From the NCBI GenBank assembly GCA_963766675.1, contig CAVYBA010000002.1, positions 1,978,806 through 2,042,805 of the forward strand: a stretch of 64,000 nucleotides of DNA, written 5' to 3'. Below the pieces are notes generated by a model that saw only the letters and a program-made list of their open reading frames with translations, was not told the origin of the DNA and made no database searches. Shown piece by piece: positions 18,321 to 30,346 of the stretch. The DNA comes from an uncultured Chloroflexia bacterium. GTDB lineage: Bacteria; Chloroflexota; Limnocylindria; Limnocylindrales; CSP1-4. Every line of letters begins with the position of its first letter. The stretch's first letter is position 1. The translations under genes were made by a program, and so were the position numbers.

Positions 18321-19373
18321 TTGACGCAGCCGAACGCCCGTGATCGCCGCAACGGTTCGACCCTGGAGGGTGTCGCGGCGCTGGCCGGCGTCTCGCGGGC
18401 CACCGTGTCGCGGGTGGTCAATGGCTCTCCCCGCGTCGGTCCCGACATTCGTCGCGATGTCGAGGCGGCGATCGAGCAGCTCGGCTACGTCCCGAACCGG
18501 GCCGCCCGGTCGTTGGTGACGCGCCGCAGCGAGTCGATCGGTCTGGTCATCACCGAGCCGACCGGTCGACTGTTCAGCGACCCCTTCTTCCCGAGGGCCC
18601 TTCGCGGGATCAGCCTCGAGCTCACGGCCCGTGACCTGCAGCTCGTGCTGCTCATGCCGAACACGCCGGCCGACGTGCAGCGGACGGGCGACTACCTGTC
18701 GGCGGGACACGTCGATGGCGCCGTCCTGGTCAGCCTCCACGGCGAGGATCCCCTCCCATCGCGACTGTCCGAGGCCGGCATCCCGCTAGTCCTGGTCGGC
18801 CGTCCGCCGCGCGGGATCTCGGCAAGCTACGTCGACGTCGACAATCGGCAGGGCGCCCGGAGCGCGGTCGAGCATCTCATCGCCGGCGGCCGCCGCGTGA
18901 TCGCCACGATCACGGGTCCGACGGACATGCCGGCCGGGGTCGATCGGCTCGCCGGCTATCGCGAAGCGATCGCCGAGGCCGCATTGGAGGCCGACCCGCG
19001 TCTCGAGGCCAAGGGCGATTTCACGCAGGCCGGTGGCGCCGATGCGATGACCCGGCTGCTCCAGGCGCGGCCCGACATCGACGCGGTCTTCGCCGCGTCC
19101 GATCTCATGGCCGCCGGCGCCCTGTCGATCCTGGCCTCGACCGGCCATCGCGTGCCTCGGGACGTCGCGGTGGTCGGGTACGACGACTCGCCGGTCGCCA
19201 CGTTGACCAATCCGCAGCTCACCAGCGTCCACCAGCCCATCGAGGAGATGGGACGTGAAGTCGGCCGCCTGCTCGTCGAAGCGGTCGAAGGCAGGGACCG
19301 CGTCATCCGGCGCGTGATCCTGGCCACCGACCTGGTGAAGCGCGCGTCGAGCGTCGGGAGGCCGTCGCCCTGA
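18321..19373 (+). CDS. LacI-family transcriptional regulator
   Basis: TTG start 18321 with AAGGAGG (18304-18310) upstream. HTH TLEGVAALAGVSRATVSRVVNG followed by a periplasmic-binding-protein-like sugar-binding core. Confidence 0.9.
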   Translation: MTQPNARDRRNGSTLEGVAALAGVSRATVSRVVNGSPRVGPDIRRDVEAAIEQLGYVPNRAARSLVTRRSESIGLVITEPTGRLFSDPFFPRALRGISLELTARDLQLVLLMPNTPADVQRTGDYLSAGHVDGAVLVSLHGEDPLPSRLSEAGIPLVLVGRPPRGISASYVDVDNRQGARSAVEHLIAGGRRVIATITGPTDMPAGVDRLAGYREAIAEAALEADPRLEAKGDFTQAGGADAMTRLLQARPDIDAVFAASDLMAAGALSILASTGHRVPRDVAVVGYDDSPVATLTNPQLTSVHQPIEEMGREVGRLLVEAVEGRDRVIRRVILATDLVKRASSVGRPSP

Positions 19374-19494
19374 GCCGGCCGGCGACCGGCGGCATCGGCC
19401 CTCCCTGGGTGGATGCCCCAACCATCGACCTCATGTCGAGGTGGAGATCGACCCGATCTCGCAGAGGAGGAACCGAAGAGACCATGAACGCACG

Positions 19495-19641
19495 AAGATC
19501 CAGTACAACGCCCTATACGTGTCCCAGCCGACGCTCATCCAGGCGTCCGCGCTGATGACCATGGCCGTCCCGGTGATCGTGTTCTTCCTCGCCCAGCGGG
19601 CGTTCATGCGCGGCGTCGTGGTCACCGGCGTCGAGAAGTAG
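19495..19641 (+). pseudogene. Relic 3' end of a carbohydrate ABC transporter permease (MalG/CebG-like); only the last ~48 codons remain
   Basis: ..KIQYNALYVSQPTLIQASALMTMAVPVIVFFLAQRAFMRGVVVTGVEK* matches the last TM helix and the C-terminal FxxQRxFxxGxxxTGxK tail of sugar permeases. No upstream permease body, no credible start, and locally lower GC at 19441-19520. Confidence 0.6.
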
Positions 19642-19648
19642 GGACCTG

Positions 19649-22129
19649 ATGCGTTACGGCCATTTCGACGACGAACGACGCGAATACGTCATCACCCGGC
19701 CGGATACGCCGTTGCCGTGGATCAACTACCTCGGAAGCGAGGAGTACTTCGGGATCATCTCGAATACCGCCGGCGGCTACTCGTTCTACCGGGACGCCCG
19801 GTTGCGCCGGCTGACACGGTACCGCTACAACAACGCCCCGCTCGACCTCGGAGGGCGGTACCTGTATCTGCGCGACGACGAGAGCGGCGCGTCGTGGAGC
19901 CCCACCTGGCAGCCGACGCCGGGCGACCTCGACGACTACGAATGCCGCCACGGGATGGGCTACACGGTGATCGCGTCGCGGCGCGGCGGGATCCACGCCG
20001 AGATCACCTACTTCGTCCCGCCCGGCCAGACGCTGGAGATCTGGCGGGCACGGGTCACGAACGAGCGACCGGAGCCGGCGCGCCTGTCCCTGTTCGGGAC
20101 CGTTGAGTTCTGCCTGTGGGACGCCCAGGACGACGCGACCAACTTCCAGCGCAATTACTCGATCGGCGAGGTCGAGGTGGCGGAGGGCGTCATCTACCAC
20201 ACGACCGAGTACCGGGAGCGGCGCAACCATTTCGCCTATTTCGCCTGCTCCGACCGGTCGGCCGGCTTCGACACGTCGCGGGACGCCTTCCTGGGCCCGT
20301 ACCGGGGCTGGGACCGCCCGATCGCCGTCGAGCGTGGAGCGACCTCCGGCTCGATCGCCCATGGCTGGCAGCCGATCGGCGCGCACCAGGCCCGGCTCGA
20401 GCTGGCACCGGGCGAGACCCGCGAGATCGACTTCGTGCTGGGCTACGCCGAGAACCCGCCGGACGCCAAGTTCGACCCGCCCGGCTCGGGCGTGGTCGAC
20501 AAGAGGGCGGTCCGTCCGATCATCGCCCGGCACCTGGAGCCCGCGGCGATCGACGACGCCTTCGACTGCCTGCGCCGATCATGGGACGAGCTGCTTGGGT
20601 CGTTCCAGGTCGAGACCGGCAATGACCACCTCGATCGGATGGTCAACATCTGGAACGCCTACCAGTGCATGGTGACGTTCAACCTGTCGCGCTCGGCATC
20701 CCTCTACGAGTCGGGCATCGGCCGGGGGATGGGCTTCCGGGATTCTACGCAGGACCTGCTCGGGTTCGTCCACATGGTCCCCGGCCGCGCCCGCCAGCGG
20801 ATCCTCGACGTCGCCGCGACGCAGCTCCCGACAGGTGGCGCCTATCACCAGTACCAGCCACTGACGAAGCGCGGCAACGATGCGGTCGGTTCGGGGTTCA
20901 ACGACGATCCGGCCTGGCTCGTGCTGGCCGTGGCCGCCTATCTCAAGGAGTCCGGCGACCTGTCAATCCTCGACGAGCCGGTCCAGTACGACAACGAGCC
21001 GGGCAGCGAGCGGCCACTGGCGGATCACCTCCGGCGGTCGATCGACTACACCCTGGAGCGGCTCGGGCCGCACGGACTGCCGCTCATCGGCCGCGCCGAT
21101 TGGAACGACTGCCTGAACCTGAACTGCTTCTCGGAGACCCCGGGCGAGTCGTTCCAGACGACCCAGAACCGCGAGGGCGGCGTGGCCGAGTCGGTGCTCA
21201 TCGCTGGACTGTTCGTGCTCGCCGCCGACGAGCTCGCGGCGATCGTCGCGCACCTCGGTGACGAGACCGAGGGTCGTCGGCTGAGGGACGCAGCCGCCGC
21301 AATGGTCGGCGCGGTCGACGCCCACGGTTGGGATGGCGACTGGTTCCGTCGGGCGTACGACTTCTTCGGCGAGCCGATCGGGTCGGCCGCCAGCGAGGAG
21401 GGGCAGATCTTCATCGAACCACAGGGGATCTGCATCCTGGCGGGGATCGGCCTCGACGACGGACGCGCGATCCGGGCCCTGGCTGCGGTCCGCGACCGGC
21501 TCGCGACGCCGCACGGCATCGTCCTCCAGCAACCGGCGTTCTCGCGCTACCAGCTCCGTCTCGGCGAGATCTCGTCGTACCCGCCGGGCTACAAGGAGAA
21601 TGCCGGGGTCTTCTGCCACACGAACCCGTGGCTGATGATCGCCGAGGTGCTGGCCGGGAACGCGGACGGCGCGCTCGACTACTACCTCCGGATCAACCCG
21701 TCGGTCCGCGAGGACATCTCCGAGATCCATCGCTGCGAGCCGTATGTCTACGCCCAGATGATCGCCGGCCGCGACGCGCCGACCCACGGCGAGGCCAAGA
21801 ACTCGTGGCTGACCGGCACCGCCGCCTGGAACTTCGTAGCGGCGTCGCAATGGATCGTCGGCATCCGCCCCGAGCTCGACGGGCTGCGGATCGATCCGCG
21901 ACTGCCGGCCGGCTGGGACGACATCCGGATCACGCGCCGGTTCCGGGGCGCCACCTACCGGATCACCGTGCATCGGGCCGATACGCCCGGTGCCGGAGCG
22001 TCGGCGGTCGGCCGGCTGATCGTCGATGGTCGCCCGATCGACGGCAACCTGGCCCCGTTGCCGTCGGGCCCCGATCGCGACGTGGTGGTCGACGCGTATC
22101 TCGAGGTGCCCGCCGGGGCGCCGTCATGA
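19649..22129 (+). CDS. GH94 glycoside phosphorylase (cellobiose / chitobiose phosphorylase-like)
   Basis: 826 aa. N-terminus MRYGHFDDERREYVITRPDTPLPWINYLGSEEYFGIISNTAGGYSFYRDARLRRLTRYRYNN is characteristic of cellobiose phosphorylases. Confidence 0.9.
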   Translation: MRYGHFDDERREYVITRPDTPLPWINYLGSEEYFGIISNTAGGYSFYRDARLRRLTRYRYNNAPLDLGGRYLYLRDDESGASWSPTWQPTPGDLDDYECRHGMGYTVIASRRGGIHAEITYFVPPGQTLEIWRARVTNERPEPARLSLFGTVEFCLWDAQDDATNFQRNYSIGEVEVAEGVIYHTTEYRERRNHFAYFACSDRSAGFDTSRDAFLGPYRGWDRPIAVERGATSGSIAHGWQPIGAHQARLELAPGETREIDFVLGYAENPPDAKFDPPGSGVVDKRAVRPIIARHLEPAAIDDAFDCLRRSWDELLGSFQVETGNDHLDRMVNIWNAYQCMVTFNLSRSASLYESGIGRGMGFRDSTQDLLGFVHMVPGRARQRILDVAATQLPTGGAYHQYQPLTKRGNDAVGSGFNDDPAWLVLAVAAYLKESGDLSILDEPVQYDNEPGSERPLADHLRRSIDYTLERLGPHGLPLIGRADWNDCLNLNCFSETPGESFQTTQNREGGVAESVLIAGLFVLAADELAAIVAHLGDETEGRRLRDAAAAMVGAVDAHGWDGDWFRRAYDFFGEPIGSAASEEGQIFIEPQGICILAGIGLDDGRAIRALAAVRDRLATPHGIVLQQPAFSRYQLRLGEISSYPPGYKENAGVFCHTNPWLMIAEVLAGNADGALDYYLRINPSVREDISEIHRCEPYVYAQMIAGRDAPTHGEAKNSWLTGTAAWNFVAASQWIVGIRPELDGLRIDPRLPAGWDDIRITRRFRGATYRITVHRADTPGAGASAVGRLIVDGRPIDGNLAPLPSGPDRDVVVDAYLEVPAGAPS

Positions 22130-22172
22130 CCGGCGCCAGGTCCTCCACGCCTCCGCCGTCGGACGACAGGTC

Positions 22173-22205
22173 CGCGCGGGACGCCAGCCCAAGGCGTCCT
22201 GCGCG
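22173..22205. terminator. GC-rich hairpin between convergent genes (possible bidirectional terminator, no U tract)
   Basis: cgcgcgggacgcc-agcccaa-ggcgtcctgcgcg forms a 13-bp stem with one G-T pair. Lies between the GH94 stop (22129) and the aminotransferase stop (22217). Confidence 0.35.
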
Positions 22206-22216
22206 CCCGTCGTCGC

Positions 22217-23452
22217 TCAGGCGACCCGGGTCCGCTCCACGAACCGACCGATCCGGCGAAGGGCCTCCTCGATCCGCTCGTACGACGTCGCGTAGCACAT
22301 CCGCACGTGCCCGGCGCCTGACGGCCCGAAGGCATCGCCCGGGACGACCGCCACGTGCTCCTCGGTCAGCAGCCGCTCGGTGAACGCGTCCGCGCTCAGG
22401 CCGGTCGAGGTGATCAGCGGGAAGGCATAGAACGCGCCCCGCGGCTCGAACGTCTCGAGCCCGATGGCGTTCAATCCGTCGACCAGCAGACGACGGCGGC
22501 GGTCGTACTCGGCCACCATCCGCTCGACGTCCGCCTCCCCCTCGACGACCGCGACGAGCGCGGCGTCCTGGGCCATCGTCGGGGCGGACATGATCCCGTA
22601 TTGGTGGACCTTGACGATCCCTTCCAGGATGGTCGCCGGAGCCGCGACGTAGCCCACTCGCCAGCCCGTCATCGCGTACGCCTTCGAGAAGCCGCCCATC
22701 AGGATCGTCCGCTCGCGCATGCCGGGCAGCGAGCTCATCGCGCGGTGGCGGTAGGTTCCGTAGGCCAGCCGATCGTAGATCTCGTCGCTGTAGACGAGCA
22801 GATCATGCTCGACCGCGATCCGGGCCAGCTCGTCCTGGACCTCGTCGGGCAGGACGGCGCCGGTCGGATTGCACGGATACCCGAGGAAGAGCGCCTTCGT
22901 CCGTGGCGTGATGGCCGCCTCGACAGCCGCTGGATCGAGCGCGAAGTCATCCTCGAAGCGAGTGGCGACGTGGCGCACGACCCCGCCGGCGAAGACGACA
23001 GCCGGCACGTACGAGACGTACGACGGCTCGTGGAGGATCACCTCGTCGCCCGGGTCGCACGTCGCGCGGAGGGCGAGGTCCACGGCCTCGGATGCGCCGA
23101 CGGTGATGAGGATCTCGGACTTCGGGTCGTAGTCGACGCCGTATCGATGGGCAAGATGGGTGGCCAGCGCCCGGCGAAGTTCGAGCGTCCCGAAGTTGCT
23201 GGTGTAGTGCGTCCGACCCTCACGCAGGCTCTCGACGCCGGCTTCGACGATGACCCGCGGGGTGTCGAAGTCGGGCTCCCCCACCCCGAGGCTGATGACG
23301 TCGTCCATCGTGGCCAGGATGTCGAAGAACCGGCGGATGCCGGACGGCGGGACGTCGAGGACCCGCCGGGCAAGGGCACGTTCGGCAAGGGCCTGGTGCC
23401 GCGCGCCTGGCTCGGGTGCCGGGTCGGTGGCGTGGCGATCAGTCGTTGTCAC
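22217..23452 (-). CDS. PLP-dependent aminotransferase, class I/II (aspartate-aminotransferase-like)
   Basis: 411 aa, GTG start. PLP-lysine motif GFSKAYAMTGWRVGY and a GEPDFDTP N-terminal motif. Confidence 0.85.
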   Translation of the reverse strand: MTTTDRHATDPAPEPGARHQALAERALARRVLDVPPSGIRRFFDILATMDDVISLGVGEPDFDTPRVIVEAGVESLREGRTHYTSNFGTLELRRALATHLAHRYGVDYDPKSEILITVGASEAVDLALRATCDPGDEVILHEPSYVSYVPAVVFAGGVVRHVATRFEDDFALDPAAVEAAITPRTKALFLGYPCNPTGAVLPDEVQDELARIAVEHDLLVYSDEIYDRLAYGTYRHRAMSSLPGMRERTILMGGFSKAYAMTGWRVGYVAAPATILEGIVKVHQYGIMSAPTMAQDAALVAVVEGEADVERMVAEYDRRRRLLVDGLNAIGLETFEPRGAFYAFPLITSTGLSADAFTERLLTEEHVAVVPGDAFGPSGAGHVRMCYATSYERIEEALRRIGRFVERTRVA

Positions 23453-23458
23453 GTGCCA

Positions 23459-23464
23459 AGCCTA
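23459..23464 (-). promoter_or_regulatory. -10-like TAGGCT exactly 6 nt upstream of GTG 23452 (putative leaderless promoter)
   Basis: Minus strand reads atgcacTAGGCTtggcacGTG. No SD. Confidence 0.4.
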
Positions 23465-23601
23465 GTGCATCGACGTCGCCGAGCGGCGGTCCCGCCAGTG
23501 GCGTCGCGCAGCCTGATGCCGCTCGAGCGGGGTGGCGTCCGGGGTCGGGAGACGGTGGCTGCCTCGAGGACGTCCGCGGCCAGGGCAGGTCGAAGAACCG
23601 C

Positions 23602-25167
23602 CTACGGCGCGTGATGACCGGGGGTCGGCGTGAGCGGGTCGGCGGCAAGCGCCAGCTCGGCCGGTTCGAGGGACCGCCAGACGGCATCTGCGGTGATCGC
23701 CTCGTAGCCGCGAGCCAGCCCGAGCAGGTCCGCCTCCGACCACGGGGCACCGATCAGCTGCAGCCCGACGGGTAACCCGTCCGAGAGGCCGCACGGGATG
23801 GACACGCCCGGGAGTCCGGCCATGTTGACGGGCAGCGTGCAGGCGTCGGACAGGTACATCGCCACCGGGTCGTCCATCCGGGCGCCGAACGGGAAGGCGA
23901 TGGTCGGCGAGGTCGGAGCGACCAGCGCGTCGAAACCCTGCGCCCAGAGGGCGTCGAAATCGCCCTTGATCAGCGTTCGGACCTTCTGGGCCTTGAGGTA
24001 GTAGGCGTCGTAATAGCCGGCGGACAGGGCGTAGGTGCCGAGCATGACCCGGCGCTTGACCTCCGCCCCGAACCCGGCTCCGCGGGTGGCCAGGTAGTTC
24101 GCCAGCACGTCGCCGTCGCGCCGCTGGAGCCCGTAGCGAATCCCGTCGTAGCGGGCGAGGTTGGCCGACGCCTCGGCCGGCGCCACGATGTAGTAGGTGG
24201 CGAGGCCGTAGTCGGTGTGGGGCAGGCTCACGTCCTCGACGGTCGCGCCGGCGGCCTCGAGCGCGGCGACCGCCTGCCGGACGGACGCCTCCACGCCCGG
24301 TTCCATCCCGGCCACGAAGTACTCGCGCGGCATCCCCAGGCGCTTGCCGCGCAGCGATGCGGCCGCCTGGTCGTCGTTCGCCGGCAGGTCGCCGAGCGCT
24401 GCCGGGACCGGCGTCGGCGACGACGTCGAATCGCGATCGTCGCGGCCGGCGATCGCGTGGAGCAGCGCGCCGGCATCACGAGCGTCGCGGGCGAACGGCC
24501 CGATCTGGTCGAGCGAGCTCGCGAACGCAATGATCCCGTAGCGGCTGACCCGGCCATACGTCGGCTTCATCCCGACGACGCCGCACAGCGCCGCCGGCTG
24601 GCGAATGGACCCGCCAGTGTCCGTACCGATCGACAACGGGGCATGGAAGGCGGCGACGGCGACCGCCGAACCGCCGCTGCTCCCGCCGGGCACCCGGTCG
24701 AGCGCCCACGGATTGGCCGTCGGCCCGAACGCCGAGTGCTCGGTCGAGGAGCCCATCGCGAACTCGTCCATGTTCGTCTTGCCGAGGATCACCGCACCCG
24801 CCTCGCGCAGGCGCTCGGTGATGTGCGCGTCATACGGGGCGAGGTAGCCCTCGAGGATCCGCGATCCGGCGGTGCACTGCCCACCGGCCACCGACACCAG
24901 GTCCTTCAACGCGACCGGGATGCCGACGAGCGCCGGCAGGCGCTCGAGCGCGGGCTGGCCCTCCGATCGCGCGGCCGCGATCCGCGCGTCGGCCGCCTCG
25001 GCCTCCCGAAGGGCGCGCGCCCGGTCGATGGTCAGCCACGCGTGCAGCGCCCGATTGTCGCGTTCGGCGGCGGTCAGGTGCGCCTCGGCCAGCTCCCGCG
25101 CGGATACCCCGCCCGAGCGGAGCAGCGCGCCCATCTCGTGGGCCAGGAGCCGCGTCAGATCGATCAC
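23602..25167 (-). CDS. gatA: Glu-tRNA(Gln) amidotransferase subunit A
   Basis: 521 aa. Amidase signature GGSSGGSAVAVAA, colinear with GatA, and immediately downstream of gatC. Confidence 0.93.
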   Translation of the reverse strand: MIDLTRLLAHEMGALLRSGGVSARELAEAHLTAAERDNRALHAWLTIDRARALREAEAADARIAAARSEGQPALERLPALVGIPVALKDLVSVAGGQCTAGSRILEGYLAPYDAHITERLREAGAVILGKTNMDEFAMGSSTEHSAFGPTANPWALDRVPGGSSGGSAVAVAAFHAPLSIGTDTGGSIRQPAALCGVVGMKPTYGRVSRYGIIAFASSLDQIGPFARDARDAGALLHAIAGRDDRDSTSSPTPVPAALGDLPANDDQAAASLRGKRLGMPREYFVAGMEPGVEASVRQAVAALEAAGATVEDVSLPHTDYGLATYYIVAPAEASANLARYDGIRYGLQRRDGDVLANYLATRGAGFGAEVKRRVMLGTYALSAGYYDAYYLKAQKVRTLIKGDFDALWAQGFDALVAPTSPTIAFPFGARMDDPVAMYLSDACTLPVNMAGLPGVSIPCGLSDGLPVGLQLIGAPWSEADLLGLARGYEAITADAVWRSLEPAELALAADPLTPTPGHHAP

Positions 25168-25172
25168 GGCCG

Positions 25173-25469
25173 TCAGCGCTCGTCGAGGATCGCCGGCACC
25201 ACGATGAACCCGCCATCGTGCGCCGGTGCGTTGGCCAGCACCGCCGACGTCGGTAGCGAGGGCCGCACGACGTCCTCGCGGAGGATGTTCTCGAGCTCGA
25301 TCGTCTGTGCCGTCGGGGCGATGTGATCGGTTGCCAGCTCGGCCAGGATCGCGTACTGGTCCAGGATGTGGTTGAGCTGGCCCTCGAACATGGCCAGCTC
25401 CGCGTCGCCCAGCCCCAGCCGCGCAAGGTGAGCGACATGCTCGACGTCGGACCGGGAGAGGGCGGCCAT
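25173..25469 (-). CDS. gatC: Glu-tRNA(Gln) amidotransferase subunit C
   Basis: 98 aa from ATG 25469 (MAALSRSDVEHVAHLARLGLGDAELAMFEGQLNHILDQ..). The 504-aa track ORF extension to 26687 is rejected. Confidence 0.85.
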   Translation of the reverse strand: MAALSRSDVEHVAHLARLGLGDAELAMFEGQLNHILDQYAILAELATDHIAPTAQTIELENILREDVVRPSLPTSAVLANAPAHDGGFIVVPAILDER

Positions 25470-25475
25470 CGGCCG

Positions 25476-25481
25476 ATGATA
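25476..25481 (-). promoter_or_regulatory. -10-like TATCAT exactly 6 nt upstream of the gatC ATG (putative leaderless promoter)
   Basis: Minus strand reads ggcTATCATcggccgATG. The divergent intergenic spacer is only 57 bp. Confidence 0.45.
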
Positions 25482-25514
25482 GCCGACCGCCCCACCCTCA
25501 TCGTCCACGCCCGA

Positions 25515-25520
25515 TACGAT
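25515..25520 (+). promoter_or_regulatory. -10-like TACGAT exactly 6 nt upstream of ATG 25527 (putative leaderless promoter)
   Basis: ccgaTACGATccgggcATG, divergent from the gatC promoter. Confidence 0.45.
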
Positions 25521-25526
25521 CCGGGC

Positions 25527-26387
25527 ATGCGTCTGCCGCCGATCCGCCGGATGACCGTCGCCGACGTCGACCGGACGGCCGACGCGATGCGTCGCGAGGG
25601 TTGGGGCGATCGCCACGTCAAGATGCGGTTCGTCGCCGACCATCCGCAGTGCGTACCCGTGATCGCCGATGCCGACGGAGCCGTAGTCGGGACCGGCGTC
25701 GCCACGTTGAACGGACCCGTCGCCTGGATCGGCACGATCTGGGTCGACCCCGACTGGCGTCGCCGAGGGCTGGGCCGGGCCCTGACGCTCGCGACGATCG
25801 AGGCCGGCGAGGCGGCCGGTTGCCGGACATTCGTGCTGGTCGCGACCACGGTGGGCCAGCCGCTCTACGAAGGACTCGGGTTCGAGGTCCAGACGTGGTA
25901 CCGGATCAAGGAGGCGCCCGGCCTGGCGACGGAACCGTCCGACCCGGGGGCGCTCACGGGATCCGGGCGACGGGTTCGCCGCTTTCGAGTCGCGGACCTT
26001 CCCGAGATGGCCGCCCTCGATCGGGCGGCGACCGGTGAGGACCGCCGACACCTGCTGCAGGCCTTCGCCGACGCCGAATCGGCGATGTGTCTGGAACGCC
26101 CGGACGGTGGTATCGGCGGGTTCGTGGTCCGGGCGCCGTGGGGTGGCGGCGCGACGATCGCCCCGGATCCCGACGATGCCATGGCGGTCCTGACCGCTCG
26201 GCGGCTCGTGGCTGGGCCGGAGAAGCGTGTCCGGGCCGGCCTGCTGGCCGACAACGAGGCCGGCCTCGAGCGGCTCGCGGCCGCCGGCTGGACCGACGTG
26301 TGGAGAGCGCCGCGCATGATCCGGGGACCCATGCCGGACTGGCACCCGGATGCGATCTGGGGCCAGTTCGACCACGCCGTCGGCTGA
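25527..26387 (+). CDS. GNAT-family N-acetyltransferase with an additional C-terminal domain
   Basis: 286 aa from ATG 25527. Acetyl-CoA motif WVDPDWRRRGLGRALTLATIE. The track start at 25323 overlaps gatC and is rejected. Confidence 0.75.
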   Translation: MRLPPIRRMTVADVDRTADAMRREGWGDRHVKMRFVADHPQCVPVIADADGAVVGTGVATLNGPVAWIGTIWVDPDWRRRGLGRALTLATIEAGEAAGCRTFVLVATTVGQPLYEGLGFEVQTWYRIKEAPGLATEPSDPGALTGSGRRVRRFRVADLPEMAALDRAATGEDRRHLLQAFADAESAMCLERPDGGIGGFVVRAPWGGGATIAPDPDDAMAVLTARRLVAGPEKRVRAGLLADNEAGLERLAAAGWTDVWRAPRMIRGPMPDWHPDAIWGQFDHAVG

Positions 26388-26521
26388 GCCGGGCGGGCGA
26401 CCGGAACGAAAGTCCCGGTCAAGGAAATGCCCACCGACCCGATGGGGCCATGGTCCTGCGAGACGCGCTCGGGCATCCTGCGGGTACCACCCCTGGATGT
26501 ACGACGTGGAGCCGCGGATCG

Positions 26522-30312
<3,791 letters not shown>

Positions 30313-30346
30313 GGTTGGATCCGCGGCGTTGGTCACGGCGGTCAGC

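Noticed and set aside
16566-18740. 724-aa minus-strand ORF overlapping gatB out of frame and the LacI gene in antisense
   Set aside because: GatB is unambiguous in the other frame. This frame is Arg/Pro/Gly-rich and runs through an intergenic operator region.
16640-25469. gatB is separated from gatC-gatA by ~5.4 kb of unrelated genes
   Set aside because: Split gatCA / gatB arrangements are common in bacteria. Not unusual.
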